A stretch of DNA of 64,000 nucleotides, taken from NCBI GenBank assembly GCA_012295275.1, contig CM022671.1, positions 35,526,001 through 35,590,000 of the forward strand, written 5' to 3'. This DNA is from Chrysomallon squamiferum (taxonomy: Eukaryota; Animalia; Mollusca). Positions within the stretch are counted from its first letter, which is position 1. Each line of letters opens with the position of its first letter. The notes beneath the pieces were generated by a model, which was not told where the DNA came from, did not search any database, and saw nothing but the letters and a program-made list of their open reading frames with translations. A program made the translations under genes and the position numbers. Below are positions 51,801 to 64,000 of the stretch, piece after piece.

Positions 51801-53390
51801 ATCATTCATAACAAACATTATTTGGTATCTGTATTCAGGTGTAAAAATTTAAAAAATCAAAATCATTCAAGAAACTTAACAAATAAACCAATTCCATCAA
51901 ACAAGATTAATTATCTTTCTTAACTAAAATAAAAACACTAACAGGCATTCTATGTCAGCAAGAAAGAATTTAACAGGATTTCCATGATCTAATTTTAAAA
52001 GAAAACTGTTATATAAAAAATATTAAAAAAAAAACAAATTATTAATTCCAAACTGCCCATAGTCAGATATAATGAATACCTAGTTGGGTAGGTTTGAATG
52101 TCAAATTACTGACTAGAACATGCACAAGTGTACAAAACTGGTTGGATAATAAATGAAGATGAGCATTCAGTAGGAAGATTATAAATGAACTAATCTTTTG
52201 ATTTTTTAACAACAATTAAAATACTGATTTTTTTTTTTTTTTTTCTTACTGTAAAGCAATTTTACTATAAAATATTTAGCAGTGTACATGTTTTAAACAC
52301 TGAGGAAACTCAGTAAAAAAACAAAACAAGAAATTCAGAATTTCTTTTTAAAAATGAACATAGCTTTCAAAAATTCCCAAAATAAAAGAATTTAAAAAAA
52401 ACAAACAAAAAAACTAGTGTTTCATAAAACAAATTAAAAAAAAAATTCCAAAAATGTTTCAGTTATTTCTTAAACATATATTAATACTTGATTATAAAAG
52501 GATTATCTGGAAAAAAAATGTTTTTGCTTTATATTCTAAAACTTGATAAACACCAGATATCAAAAATGGTACACCACTTTTCAAAAATTTGAGATTTATC
52601 TTACAACAATAATTTAGAGTGAACATCTACAACAAAAATTTCACAACTCTGATGAATAAAGCTTCTGGATGTGAAAGCAATTAAGAAGCATTACAGCCAA
52701 AATAATTAATAAATATAATAGAGAAATATTCAAAGCACTGTTTCTTTTATTTTAAGATGTTACCAGTCCAGAATTTTATTTAAAAAAAATAATAAAAATA
52801 AAAATAATAAATTAAAAGTGTTATATTGCATACATATCCAGGTGATTGTTTTATTTCAGACACCAATCTTTATTAATAATAAAGTAAGACAATAATTAAT
52901 TTTTCTTTCTGGTGAGTAACAGCTAAAACTGATGCATCAAACTTGCCACAATTTATTCATAAGATCAACAAAATATTTTTGAATCTACAAAGTAAATGTG
53001 AAAAAAAAGAAGAATTTTGCTATATTTCTGTCTTACTTAGTTATTACAAAAGATTGGTGCCTGATGGTAAATAAAATAATTACAAGAATGTATGCAGAAA
53101 ATTATCACTACCACGAATACACAAACTGAAAATGTTTGCTAATACCTTTCACGTTACAATGAAATGATTTAATTTTTTTTTTTTTTTTTTTTTTTTTACT
53201 GAAATCAGCAATGGTAAATTAACAGCACTATCTGAATACATTTTAAAGAAAACATATTTATCATTAGAATAAAATAACATTAATTAAAATAGAAATGATT
53301 TGCCGTATGGCTGATTAGTAATGCAAATTACCCATTGTTCTAATTATGCAAATGACATTTAATGTATTATTATAATTTTAAATTTGTGCA

Positions 53391-53760
53391 TCAGAGTTCA
53401 TCTTTCAACCGTATCTGGAATGAAGTAAGTATATTAAGTCTGCTTCCAAGTTGTTCTTTCTTTCGATCGCTAACTTTTCCATCTTTGAGTTTTTCCACTC
53501 TGGTAATTTCATTTTCTATAAAGCTATTTCCCTTCTCGATGAGCTTCTTCATGGTTTTGATGTAAACTTCAGCTGAAGCTTTCTGATCATCCAGTTTTAA
53601 TGATTTTGCTTCTTCTTCAGCTTTTGAAAGAATTTCATTCTTTTTGTCAGCTGAAGCCTTGAAAAATTCTTTCACTAACTTATCAAATGTTTCCAGACAT
53701 GAAGGAAGTCCAAGCCAAAGACCTATTCCAAAAAAAAAGATTGAATAAAAAAAAAAAAAA

Positions 53761-53797
<37 letters not shown>

Positions 53798-54843
53798 GAG
53801 CAATATAGTTACTACATGTAAGGTTTTGAACGTCAGCCGAATGAGTGCAAGTTAGAAATAAAGAGAGAGAGAGAAAGAAATATAGCAAAAGCGATACAGA
53901 CAGAAAGATGGATAAAGGAAAAGAGATGAAATCAAGATATCAATAAATTAAAGTACAAGGATATTGAATTTATTTTACTTTGTTTAATTATTATTAAGCA
54001 TCAAAATAAATAAAAATCTATTTGTTTGTATTACATACCTGATTCCTTCATAATAAATTTTTTTACAGCGTCAGCTGTTTTGACATTTCCAAGCAATTCG
54101 ACTGGTTCATCTTTTCCCTGAATGAACAGTTTGTATACGGGATGATTATCTTTCTTTATACCATATTTCTCAGCCAGGTCAGAGTTGTCCTTGTCACCAT
54201 AGTCTGAATGTGAAAACACAGATGGTTATTCATTCACATCAACAAAGGGATATTTTCACTGGTAGTAAATGTATCAATTAAAAGTCACATTCATGATTTT
54301 TGAAAGACAACTGTAGGTAATCATAAATTTCATAGCAAAAATTGACTAAAATTTTCAATCTATGGTTCAGAAATGTCCTGAAAACCATCATTTTCAGTAC
54401 AATTTTATTTTACTTTTATAGTGTTTTTTGTTTATGTGTGAATTTTTATGAAGAAAATCTTTTTATGACTGCAAGACATTTTTCAGTGTTAGCATAAAAA
54501 TAAAAGTCAGTATTGTGACTTAATCCACAGTTTGAAGTTTTGTGCTTATAAAATATATAGTTATAAACTTTTTGGATTTTCCCATAAAGATACATGGATA
54601 CAGGGATATGTACACACATGTAAAATAATCAGTATAAACTATTAAAAATATAAAAAACAACACCATGACAAAAACATATTATAAGCCTGATTATAAATTA
54701 TTATTTCTATATTAATCTATTCAGTTTTGTTTTATGTGTAAAATATAGATTAACCAAAACATGTTTTACATCCTAAAAAATATGTCCATAAAAAAAAAAG
54801 GAAAAAGAGGAGTTACAATTCAAACATTTGAACATTCAATGTC

Positions 54844-54875
<32 letters not shown>

Positions 54876-57321
54876 TTAGTACCATAAAAAAAGATGACAG
54901 GTGTTATAAGACACTTTACAACATATGTTGATGAAAAATTCATAGGAATCGTTTTATGTCAGAGTAACAGCTGTAAAAATACACGTGTAAAACTATTTTC
55001 AGTTTGTTTTTATTACAAATGTTTCAAATTGATCATCATCACCACTCACCATGCTGCTGTAACAGTAACCTCCCTTATATTATCTGATTACACATAAACA
55101 TCATTAGCAATAGAGACACCATCTACTTAAATTTATCTAAATTCAGATAAATTACTTTATATGAAGTAAATCACTATTAAACTAGTAATAAGAGATGCAC
55201 ATCAATTTGTAAACATGTGGATCAGTCATTTATCAACAACTTGTGCCATCCAATATGTTAAAAAATAATAATAATAAAATAAAATTAAAAAAAACAACCA
55301 GCTGAGGTACTGGTGGTTAATTACAAATAACGATGACAAAAAAAAAAAAAAAATACAACCACTATCTGTACACAGTACAAGATCTTGTTAATTATATTAA
55401 TATTTTATTATAGACACATCATTTTCCTTGAGATCAGCCAATTGTAAGTACAGTAATGTCAACACTGAGATGATAGAATTATAAACAGAATTTATTTGTG
55501 TTTTCACAACATCTGACTGTAAATGTTGTACATGTTTACCTGCTATTTGTACTTCAGCCACAAGAAGATCGGGTTGAGATGTGCTGGCCTCTGCAACTTT
55601 TTTGAATTCATCCTGTTTCTCCCCGTATGGATAGGTCTCATCAAATTTTACAAGAACAACTTTATGTTTGCTAATGATCTGCAAAAAACATGTTATTATT
55701 ACAATGCCACAAAAGCTTTAAAACACTGAAAATTATATCAAATTATAAGCTCATGCCTGTCTGTGTCAAATACTGAAAAAGATAAAATCAGCTGATCTGA
55801 CAAGTTTGACAAGAAAAACTGAAACTTGGTTTTATGCATGGTATGTGACAAAAGCTATTTGTGCCAGAGAAGAAGGTCGCCCAATTTGCGACACATCTTT
55901 GCTTTCCTTGAAGGGGTTTCCCTCATTCTCATTTCTGTTTCATCATTATTTTTACATATTTTAAAAAATGAGAAATATGACACAGCATACATATTCAGCT
56001 TCATCTTAAGCGGGTTTTTTTACATGTGATCTTTGATAAAGAACAGAGAATCAACAAACAAATTAATAATTTCAAAATGATTGTCATGTGACAAATCATA
56101 CATAAGTCAAAAATTATGCATTTCTCTCACAATGTGCCAAATTTCATACAAATATTGTGCAGAAGGTACTTAATTTTTGTTCCAAAAAGTGGGGTTTTCT
56201 TCACAAATGATGGGGCCATTGTGACTGCTATTGCTGCTCATTGTCTGTAAAGTTTGATGTTTTGTTTAATTTAGTAATTATGTGGCATAACATTCCAGTT
56301 TTAGATATTTAATTTCTTATGAAAACAGTTCTTAGCAAGTTAGATATTTATGAATTTTTTGATACATGTATAAATTATAATGAAGCCATAAGGCACATTA
56401 ACACTAATTAATGTTATTAATTGATAAATTATGAATGTTAGCAAAATGCTTGATATTGTACAGGCCTCTACAATTCACCAGGCATATAAAGTTTTCTTTT
56501 TGTATACTGGTTTAATTTCGATGGAGTTTTTAGAGAACTACATAATTAATATTTTAATTAAGGCATATGGTTCATTTGAGCTAATTAGTGCATTCAATCA
56601 GTTGTACCTAATACATGCTGGCGTCATTTTAATCTGCTGTTTTTGCTCTTTCTGATGATATATAATTTATAGGAAAATTATATTTTTGAAAATTTTGTCA
56701 ATATCTTATCATCTGCATCAGCGGTTAACCCCCAAATAATAATAAGAATCATAGCAAAATGTCTAACATGGCATACACTGCAAATCTGTGGCCCCACTAC
56801 AATTCTACTGCTCACACAATTCGGTTACTGTTTATTATTATTTATTAAGGCTCGATTCTCAGTTCAGGATAATTGTTTTTATTAACTACCTAGTACGTAG
56901 TAGTAGTACCTGTCATAAAAAAGCAGGCAAGAGTTCATGGTAAATTACTATATCAGTATATATAACTATTATAAGGAAAAATACCTCTGCTACTATTTTC
57001 AAAATTAATTCTGCTAATGTTACTAATGTCTTCATGTGTCATGTTCAGGGACGATCTAATACCAACAGTAATACTAATAGTAATACTAATAGTATGGAAT
57101 CTTAAAATAAAATTATAAATATAAAATAAATCAATGATAACGAGTTTTCGGCAATCATAGCAATTTTATAAGTGATGCATACATATGAAAATTATCGAAC
57201 TTACTTTATCAAAGACACCCGAGTTTAATGATACAGAACCCTTCACTATTTCACTTGCAGCATTAGTTAAAAATCCAAAAATTGTAAGAGCAACAACCAC
57301 TAACACTGTCACAGTCGCCAT
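53391..57321 (-). CDS. ERP29: Endoplasmic reticulum resident protein 29 (ERp29/windbeutel family)
   Basis: Exons (minus strand): 57205-57321, 55540-55678, 54039-54203, 53391-53722. 250 aa. Signal peptide [85 protein letters not shown]-domain YIKTMKK...EITRV...LNILTSF, C-terminal KDEL*. Confidence 0.95.
55780..56225. mobile_element. Possible MITE/DNA-transposon remnant in ERP29 intron 1
   Basis: Imperfect inverted motif pairs: tgaaacttggt (about 55821) with gccaaatttca (about 56136), ctcattctcattt with aaatgagaaatatga, and hairpin tgattgtca-tg-tgacaaatca. No TSD identified. Confidence 0.3.
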
Positions 57322-57480
57322 GCTTGCTTGTACGCTGATGTGGACTAATCAAAGAGCTCGGTTTAAATAACTGGACGGAAACCAAATGTTTCCAAGCTAT
57401 TGGTCAATGCTGAAACATTTTAGCTAATCACAATCTTTATTCTTAGAAGGACGTGGAAATATTTAGGGCCAAGGGAGATA
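57322..57480. promoter_or_regulatory. Bidirectional promoter ERP29/TBCCD1 with CCAAT and UPRE-like element
   Basis: ATTGG at 57399-57403 (CCAAT on the ERP29 strand), GACGTGG at 57450-57456 (UPRE/XBP1-ATF6 core), ACGGAAA ETS-like at 57375, TTTAAATA at 57362. Confidence 0.5.
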
Positions 57481-57951
57481 AATACAAACAATTTTGGTGA
57501 GATAAGTGCGAAATTGTAGATTTATTTTTCGGATGTATAAAAATATTAAAATAGTTTCTCTTGTTTTTATGATTTCAGATATATTATTTAATTTTATAGG
57601 TGAATCACATCGTTTTATGTTCTTGTCTTGGTTTTTAAACTGTGCACGTAAAACAAATAATTTAAAAAAATACGAATTAAGAATACGTAAATTATAACCT
57701 TAGTCCTTACTAAGTTGAACAACTTTCCACTCATAAATCACTAAATGATCATTTGATTAATCATTTACCGTTCTAAATTATTAAATGTAGTCTGGTCTAA
57801 CGCGTGATAGATTCTGGCATTTTATGATTATTCCTAATTTTGTATGATAATTATACAAATAACTAAAAAAGTCAACAAGTTGGCATTTTTAATTTTATTG
57901 TTATCAGTATGATGTTGACACACACATAATGTATTAGCTGAAAGCTCTTAG

Positions 57952-57952
<1 letters not shown>

Positions 57953-57991
<39 letters not shown>
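57953..57991. repeat. (CA)n microsatellite
   Basis: About 19 CA units. Confidence 0.95.
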
Positions 57992-57995
<4 letters not shown>

Positions 57996-58213
57996 ATTAT
58001 TATTATTTTTTTTATTATTTTTTTTTTAATCAGATTTTTAAATTTATTTTTATTTACTGATCATAATAATTTAGCCTAGCCTTTGTTACTAGATTGTTTA
58101 TTTTTTCAATAGGATTTTAACTCTTTGTTTTCTTTTATTTTTTCTTTTATTTTCCTTTTTAAGGACTACACTAATTACTTCTGTGTCTTTTAGATTGTTT
58201 CTAAGATTTCAAA

Positions 58214-59486
58214 ATGTCTGTGAATCTGTGGGCCAAGGCTGAACCATTCAGCTATGGAGCACTCCCAGTAGCCCCCCATCCTCGCCTCAATTTTACTGTG
58301 AGTGATGATAATTCAGTTTTTATTTTTTAAATCAGTAAGTTGTAACTTAGTAAAATTATTACTAGCCTGTAATAATATTTAAGTTACAAATCATGCATTG
58401 TAATTATTATTATTGATATTATTAAAATAATTTGTGTGTAAAGAGTGAATTATTTTCCTACACAGGTAATTTAGGGTAATTTTATTATTGCAACTGTTTA
58501 TTATTATTATTACTACTTTTTTTTTTTATATGGTTAATGTAATTTAATAAATTAATAATAGTTTTAGATCTTCATTTCACTAATTTTAATATGTAACAAT
58601 TATTCTAACCCCAAAATAATAACTTTATATGAGTTGTTCATTTCCATTTTTTAATTTCAGAATATCAAGAAAATAGTGATTTATGCTAAAAATAAAGGTG
58701 AAACAGGCTTTCCCTTACTCAGGTACTTCATTTGAAATACGTTTATTTTCAGTAATAAATAATGATTTTTCTTTTAATGTAAGGCTAAAATACAAAAAAA
58801 AAAATATGGCTAAAGATAATCTGTAATCGTTAAAAAAAATTTTTTTTTTTTTTTTTCTTCTTCTTTTAATTGTGAACAGTTTGCTTATGGATACCTGACC
58901 AAAAATTAAATTATAAATATATTGTGGAGTTTTTTTAAAATGTTATTATTTATATATATTTTTTAATTTTTTATTATTATTGTTTATATATTTTTTTTTA
59001 TGTTTTATTTATATATTTTTTTATTATTATTATTTTTTTTATTTCCAGTTATTCTGTTTGGAAGCACATTGCATGTAATAAATTACATCTGACAGAGGAT
59101 TTAGCATGGATGTAAGATTCACTAATTTCTTTTTTTAAATTTAGTATATTTAATTCTGTTTTATCTGGTTACAGTTGCACATTGATTATGTTTTAGATTT
59201 AGTTTTTAATGTATTTTAATTCCCTTTTGATTTTATAAAGAATATTTTTTTTTAATATAGTTGTTATTGTGCTATTTTAATTGTATTTGATGTTGTAATA
59301 GTTATAATTGTATACTGATACTGCATTTGATGATAATTGTTTATTAATTAGTGTTGTTAATGTTATTCTCATTGATGTATGTTTATTGTTGTTATATGTT
59401 ATTATTACTGTTATCATTGGTAATATATTCTTATTGTTATATATTTATTAATATTATTATTATTGTTATTATATGTTTATTGTTAT

Positions 59487-59532
<46 letters not shown>

Positions 59533-61328
59533 TTATTATTTTTTATATATATTCATTATTATTATTATTATATTTTTATTGTTATTGTTTATATATATTC
59601 ATTATTAGTTTTTATACATTTATTATTGTTGTTTATATATATTCATTATTATTGTTATTATAAATTTATCATTATTGTTGATACATATTCATTATTATTA
59701 TTATATATTTATTATTATTGTTTAATATATTTATTATTATTGTTTATATATATTCATTATTATTATTATTATATATTTATCATTATTGTTTATACATATT
59801 TAATTTTATTATTATTATATATTTATCATTATTTTTGGTATATATTCATTATTATTATTATTATTATATATTTATTATTATTGTTTATATATATTTATTA
59901 TGATATGTTTGTTGTTTCAGGTATTTCTCTTCGTGTCACTTGTTGTGTGGTACAGATGCTGCAATTGAGAGGATGGAGTGGGATGGAAAGTTTGCGCAGT
60001 GTTTGTCTGTGTCCCAGTCTAAAGCAGGTCAGTTGACAGAACACTAACAAGCTAACTGTTGTTGTACAAATAAATAAGTTAAATTACACATAATGTAACT
60101 CGTATGTATACTAAGTGTAAAAAAAACATGAAAGAAAACCCCCGCAAAACAGGAAAAATAATTATGATGAACAAATTTAACCGTAAATTTTTAAAACTGG
60201 ACTAGCATTATATGAATATCTTGTTCTTTTTCTCCATCAAAAAATAGAAAAAAAAAAAAATAATTATAAATTAATGAATAAGTGAATAAAATCTTTCTAT
60301 ATTAAAAAAAAAAAAAAAAATAAAGCAAATTTCATCATGTGATGAAGTATAATTGTTTCAGAAATTAATAAAAATAATGTCTATTGAAAATTTCGTCATG
60401 TGGTATTGTTATTTAAAAGCTGTCTGATATCTTCACAGAGAGCCTGCGACTCAAACTGACTGTTGAAACGTACAAGATGGTTCTGTATCTGTACATACAA
60501 CAGATGTATCGTCGTGTCTCTTCGAGCATCACTGGTAGCTGGAGACGAGTATCCTTTCATTTCAGAAAACATTAACTCTTTTAATACAAGTAAACATTAA
60601 CTCTTTTAATACAAGTAAACATTAACTCTTTTAATACAGGTAAACATTAACTATTTTAACACAGGTAAACATTAACTCTTTTAACACAGGTAAACATTAA
60701 CTCTTTTAACACAAATACACATTAACTCTTTTAAGACAAATACACATTAACTCTTTTAATACAAGTAAACATTAACTATTTTAATACAAGTAAACACTAA
60801 CTCTTTTAATACAAGTAAACATTAACTCTTTTAACACAGGTCAGTGTGTTAAATCTTAACACAGAAAATATTAACTCTTTTAATGCAAGTAAACATTAAC
60901 TCTATAAGCACAGTAAACATTAACGTTTTTAATAAAAGTAAATCTTAACTCCTTAATTTCTGATTGATAATTACTCATTGATCATTACTATCTGATATCT
61001 TTATAACATAAAAACTGTTAAGATTAAAATATTTTAGTTTCTCCCATTGAACATTCCAACTGAAAACAATGCATAGCAGGTGATAAAATTAAAATGCTGA
61101 TGTGTGAAAAAGTGTTGTTGTTTAATGAAGATTTGTAAATAAACTTAACTGATAAAAGATGGCCGACTCAGTCAAGTGGGGAATCTGATGGAAGATCAAC
61201 ACCAAGAAGTACAAAGGTAAATTATTATTTGTAAATCTTATTCTGTTCTTAATATGGCTTGTTATATAACAAGATTACCTTATATTCAGTCATTTATGAG
61301 AGAGAAGAAACAGAAAGAGAGAGAAAGC

Positions 61329-61404
<76 letters not shown>

Positions 61405-63730
61405 ATTATAGAGATAGGGAGAAACAGATAAGAAAACAGAATGATAGTGAAAGAGATTATTTTTTATTTTATTGTTTTTGCAGTCGCTGGATGATCACTG
61501 TCACATGATGTTTATTCAGAATCATCTGAGTGAGCTGCTGGAGCTGCTCAGTGAGCCAGACACAGTACCCCGGTTATCTGCTGCTCACTCAGCTCACCTG
61601 TCACTCAGAGCTGTAGAGTCTCTCAGCTGTCTGATTGACGGATCCATGGACAAATTCAAGTCAGTTTTTACAGATCATTTTCTTTTTAAAATAGCTAGGT
61701 TCACTTTGGAAATACATATCTTAGCCCAAAAATAAATATTACTATATATGAAATAAATTTACTGTAGAAAAGACATTGTTAATAAGAGTGAAAAGTTATT
61801 TTCTATTTTATTTTAACAAATGTCAGTTCAGTTTCTAAATGTTTTTAATTTATGTTTAGTGAAATTTGACTGAGGTAGGAGCTGTGGTGAAATGTACATA
61901 TTTTTTTTTATTATTCACAGAAGTTTGCTGCCATTGCTTGAAATAGCAACAGCACCAGTGATACAGGTTCACAGTGGATATTCAAAGGTCAGAATTAAGT
62001 TTCTAAATACAAATGGCTTCAGATATTTGTTAAAGACACATACTTGCATTCTTTCACATCATTCATTCATTCATTTATTCATTTATTCATTTACACTCTC
62101 TAATGGCATAAATTTTTTTTTTTTTTTTTCCAGGCAACCAAGACATTTTCAGCTCGAATCTTCCAGACGTGGGTAAAAGATTGTCTCACACAGAATCCAT
62201 TTGGAGTGTCGGCCTGCATTGCTACTGGTGTCAGACTGTCTTGGCCATTTGCAGGTAGAGAGAAATATCAGTTACTTGTAGTTCTGTACTGTCAGAGATA
62301 CCAGTTTCTTATTCCTTTCTGTGTGAGAACGTCCAGGCTTGTTTTTTATCATTGTTTTGAAATGGTATATATGTTTAAATAGACAAATATACTGATATTT
62401 AATCAGTGGAATAAGAAATACAAAGTCTGTTGCCAGTATCAAGCAGTAATTCAATTTATTACTAAGGAGCTGGTTGGTTAGACAGACTGAGAGATCCCAA
62501 GATAAAACCATTTGAGAGATATTTTATATAAAATGAAAATAAATTGCTTATTTCATGTTTCTTTTTGTCATTTTTAGTACATTTATTATTTAAAAAAACT
62601 ACATATATTTATTATTATATTTTTACAGTTAATTTTGATAATTTATTGACTGATAAAATTACTTCTTTAATAGTTAGATTGTAAAAAAACATTTAAATAA
62701 ATTTGTAGGTGATGAGTCTAAGACTGAGATAAGCTCTACTAAACGAGGAAAAATAGCAACGAATGCAAACATTGTACCAAAAGCCAACATCAAAGGGTAA
62801 GCAATATCATCATTATTATGTTATGATTATAATTTTGGTAACCAGGAGAAGAAAACATTCATCAGTTTACGTAGGATTTTTTATTTAATGCTCTGAATAA
62901 CCTCACAGACATCTGTGAAAATTTAAATGTATATTGAATAAAAGATTTAGTGATACTGAATATTTTTCAGAGGAGTTTGATAGGAGTGCACTTTTAACAC
63001 TACTTGTTCTGAAGTTTGTAGTTTAGCTGTTTTATTTTTGAATTTTAAAAAAAAAGTTTATATTTCTATTTCAGTAACAAGATGATTATAATGAGTCAAG
63101 TTGGCAAGCAGACAGTAGCACGGGTGAGCATGTCAAATGTAAAGAAATAAATAATAAAAGAAGTACAGAAGTTAACATTAAATTACAAACTGCTTGTGTT
63201 TGTGTGTGTGTCTCAGTGTATGTATGTGAGTGTGTGTGTGTGTAATATTAATATATAAATTTAATTGTAATTTATACAGATACATCAAGAAAATAAGTAA
63301 TTTTAAGTTTGACATGTAATAAGAGTTAATATTGGATGAGATGTTATTAAACAAATAAACTATTGTTTGTTTGTTTGTTTGTTTGTTTGTTTATTTACTG
63401 GTTTGTTTATTTATTTCAGAGTTCTGGCACTCTAGAAATGAGTTGTGTAAAGATACACAGGTGTCACTACTCCTTTCTCTACCTGTTATCTCCTCTCAGG
63501 TAACTTCGTAATTTTATTATTTATTTTTAAAATATTCTATTTATTCTTATTTATTAATTAATTTTTTTTATTATTTTATTTTATTTTTTTTGTGAGAGCT
63601 CTTTTTTTTTTCTTTTTTTTTAGTTTTGTTTTAGTTTTATTATTTTTATTTATATATTTATTTTTTTTTTTTTTTTTCATTTCATTTCATTCATTTATTT
63701 ATTTATTTTTTTTTTTTAATTTTATTTCAT

Positions 63731-63765
<35 letters not shown>

Positions 63766-63911
63766 TTTTTTTTTTTTTTTTATTTCAGGTCTGTGACAAT
63801 AGATAAATGTAGGTATTCTACTGTTGTGTTGGGTCCTGTTGAGACGTGTGTACATCTGAGTAACTGTGAGAATGTGACACTGATCACCTGTTGTAGAAAC
63901 GTCATGGTCAG
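58214..63911 (+). CDS. TBCCD1: TBCC domain-containing protein 1 (partial, continues past the window; apparent 1-nt frameshift in coding exon 5)
   Basis: Exons: 58214-58297, 58661-58722, 59049-59111, 59921-60027, 60439-60548, 61159-61216, 61484-61659, 61921-61987, 62134-62254, 62709-62796, 63075-63123, 63420-63499, 63789-63911. Motifs LWAKAEPFSYGAL, YSVWKHIACNKLHLTEDLAWMYF, LYLYIQQ, HLSELLELL, QNPFGVSACI, and TBCC/CARP domain VKIHRCHYSFLYLLSPLRSVTIDKCRYSTVVLGPV. Confidence 0.9.
59380..59905. repeat. TAT-based minisatellite (tatatattcattattattgtt-like unit) with (TA)n
   Basis: Repeating atatattcattattattatt...gttta units. It is the source of the Tyr/Ile/Leu-rich spurious ORFs. Confidence 0.85.
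60549..61158 (+). other. U12-type GT-AG intron in TBCCD1
   Basis: Perfect 5' splice site GTATCCTTT. Branch-like AAACTTAAC at 61141-61149, then a purine-rich TGATAAAAG acceptor. The next exon reads E-WPTQS, matching the recalled orthologue EEWPSP. Confidence 0.8.
60566..60952. repeat. About 24-25 bp minisatellite (gtaaacattaactcttttaatacaa) inside the TBCCD1 U12 intron
   Basis: About 15 tandem copies. Confidence 0.9.
61330..61401. repeat. (GA)n microsatellite
   Basis: About 35 GA units. Confidence 0.95.
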
Positions 63912-64000
63912 GTACATTGTTTTTCCCATTCAAACCAGTGTCTAAAACCTCTTGTCTCCAAAGCATGATAATTTCTTTATTCTGAAAATTGTTAATATCT

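Overview
AT-rich, intron-rich animal genomic DNA, most likely a mollusc (inferred from the repeat style and orthologue content). I could splice seven conserved protein-coding genes by hand, with strictly alternating strands: FKBP6/shutdown (+), MRPS23 (-), CUEDC1 (+), ACOX3 (-), AACS (+), ERP29 (-) and TBCCD1 (+, runs off the window end). Six of them form three consecutive head-to-head pairs. The rest is introns, UTRs, micro- and minisatellites and decayed SINE/MITE-like fragments. Points of most interest: (1) the piRNA co-chaperone FKBP6 has an extra C-terminal R3H-fold domain lacking the R-x3-H residues, plus a degenerate Hsp90 clamp; (2) two U12-type introns, in CUEDC1 and TBCCD1; (3) an apparent +1 frameshift in TBCCD1 just before its U12 intron; (4) a chain of ATGA-overlapped uORFs ahead of CUEDC1; (5) tandem repeats that duplicate splice acceptors; (6) MRPS23-CUEDC1 microsynteny shared with human. 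No rRNA, tRNA or CRISPR was found. All gene names come from recognised motifs and recalled orthologue sequences, not database searches.
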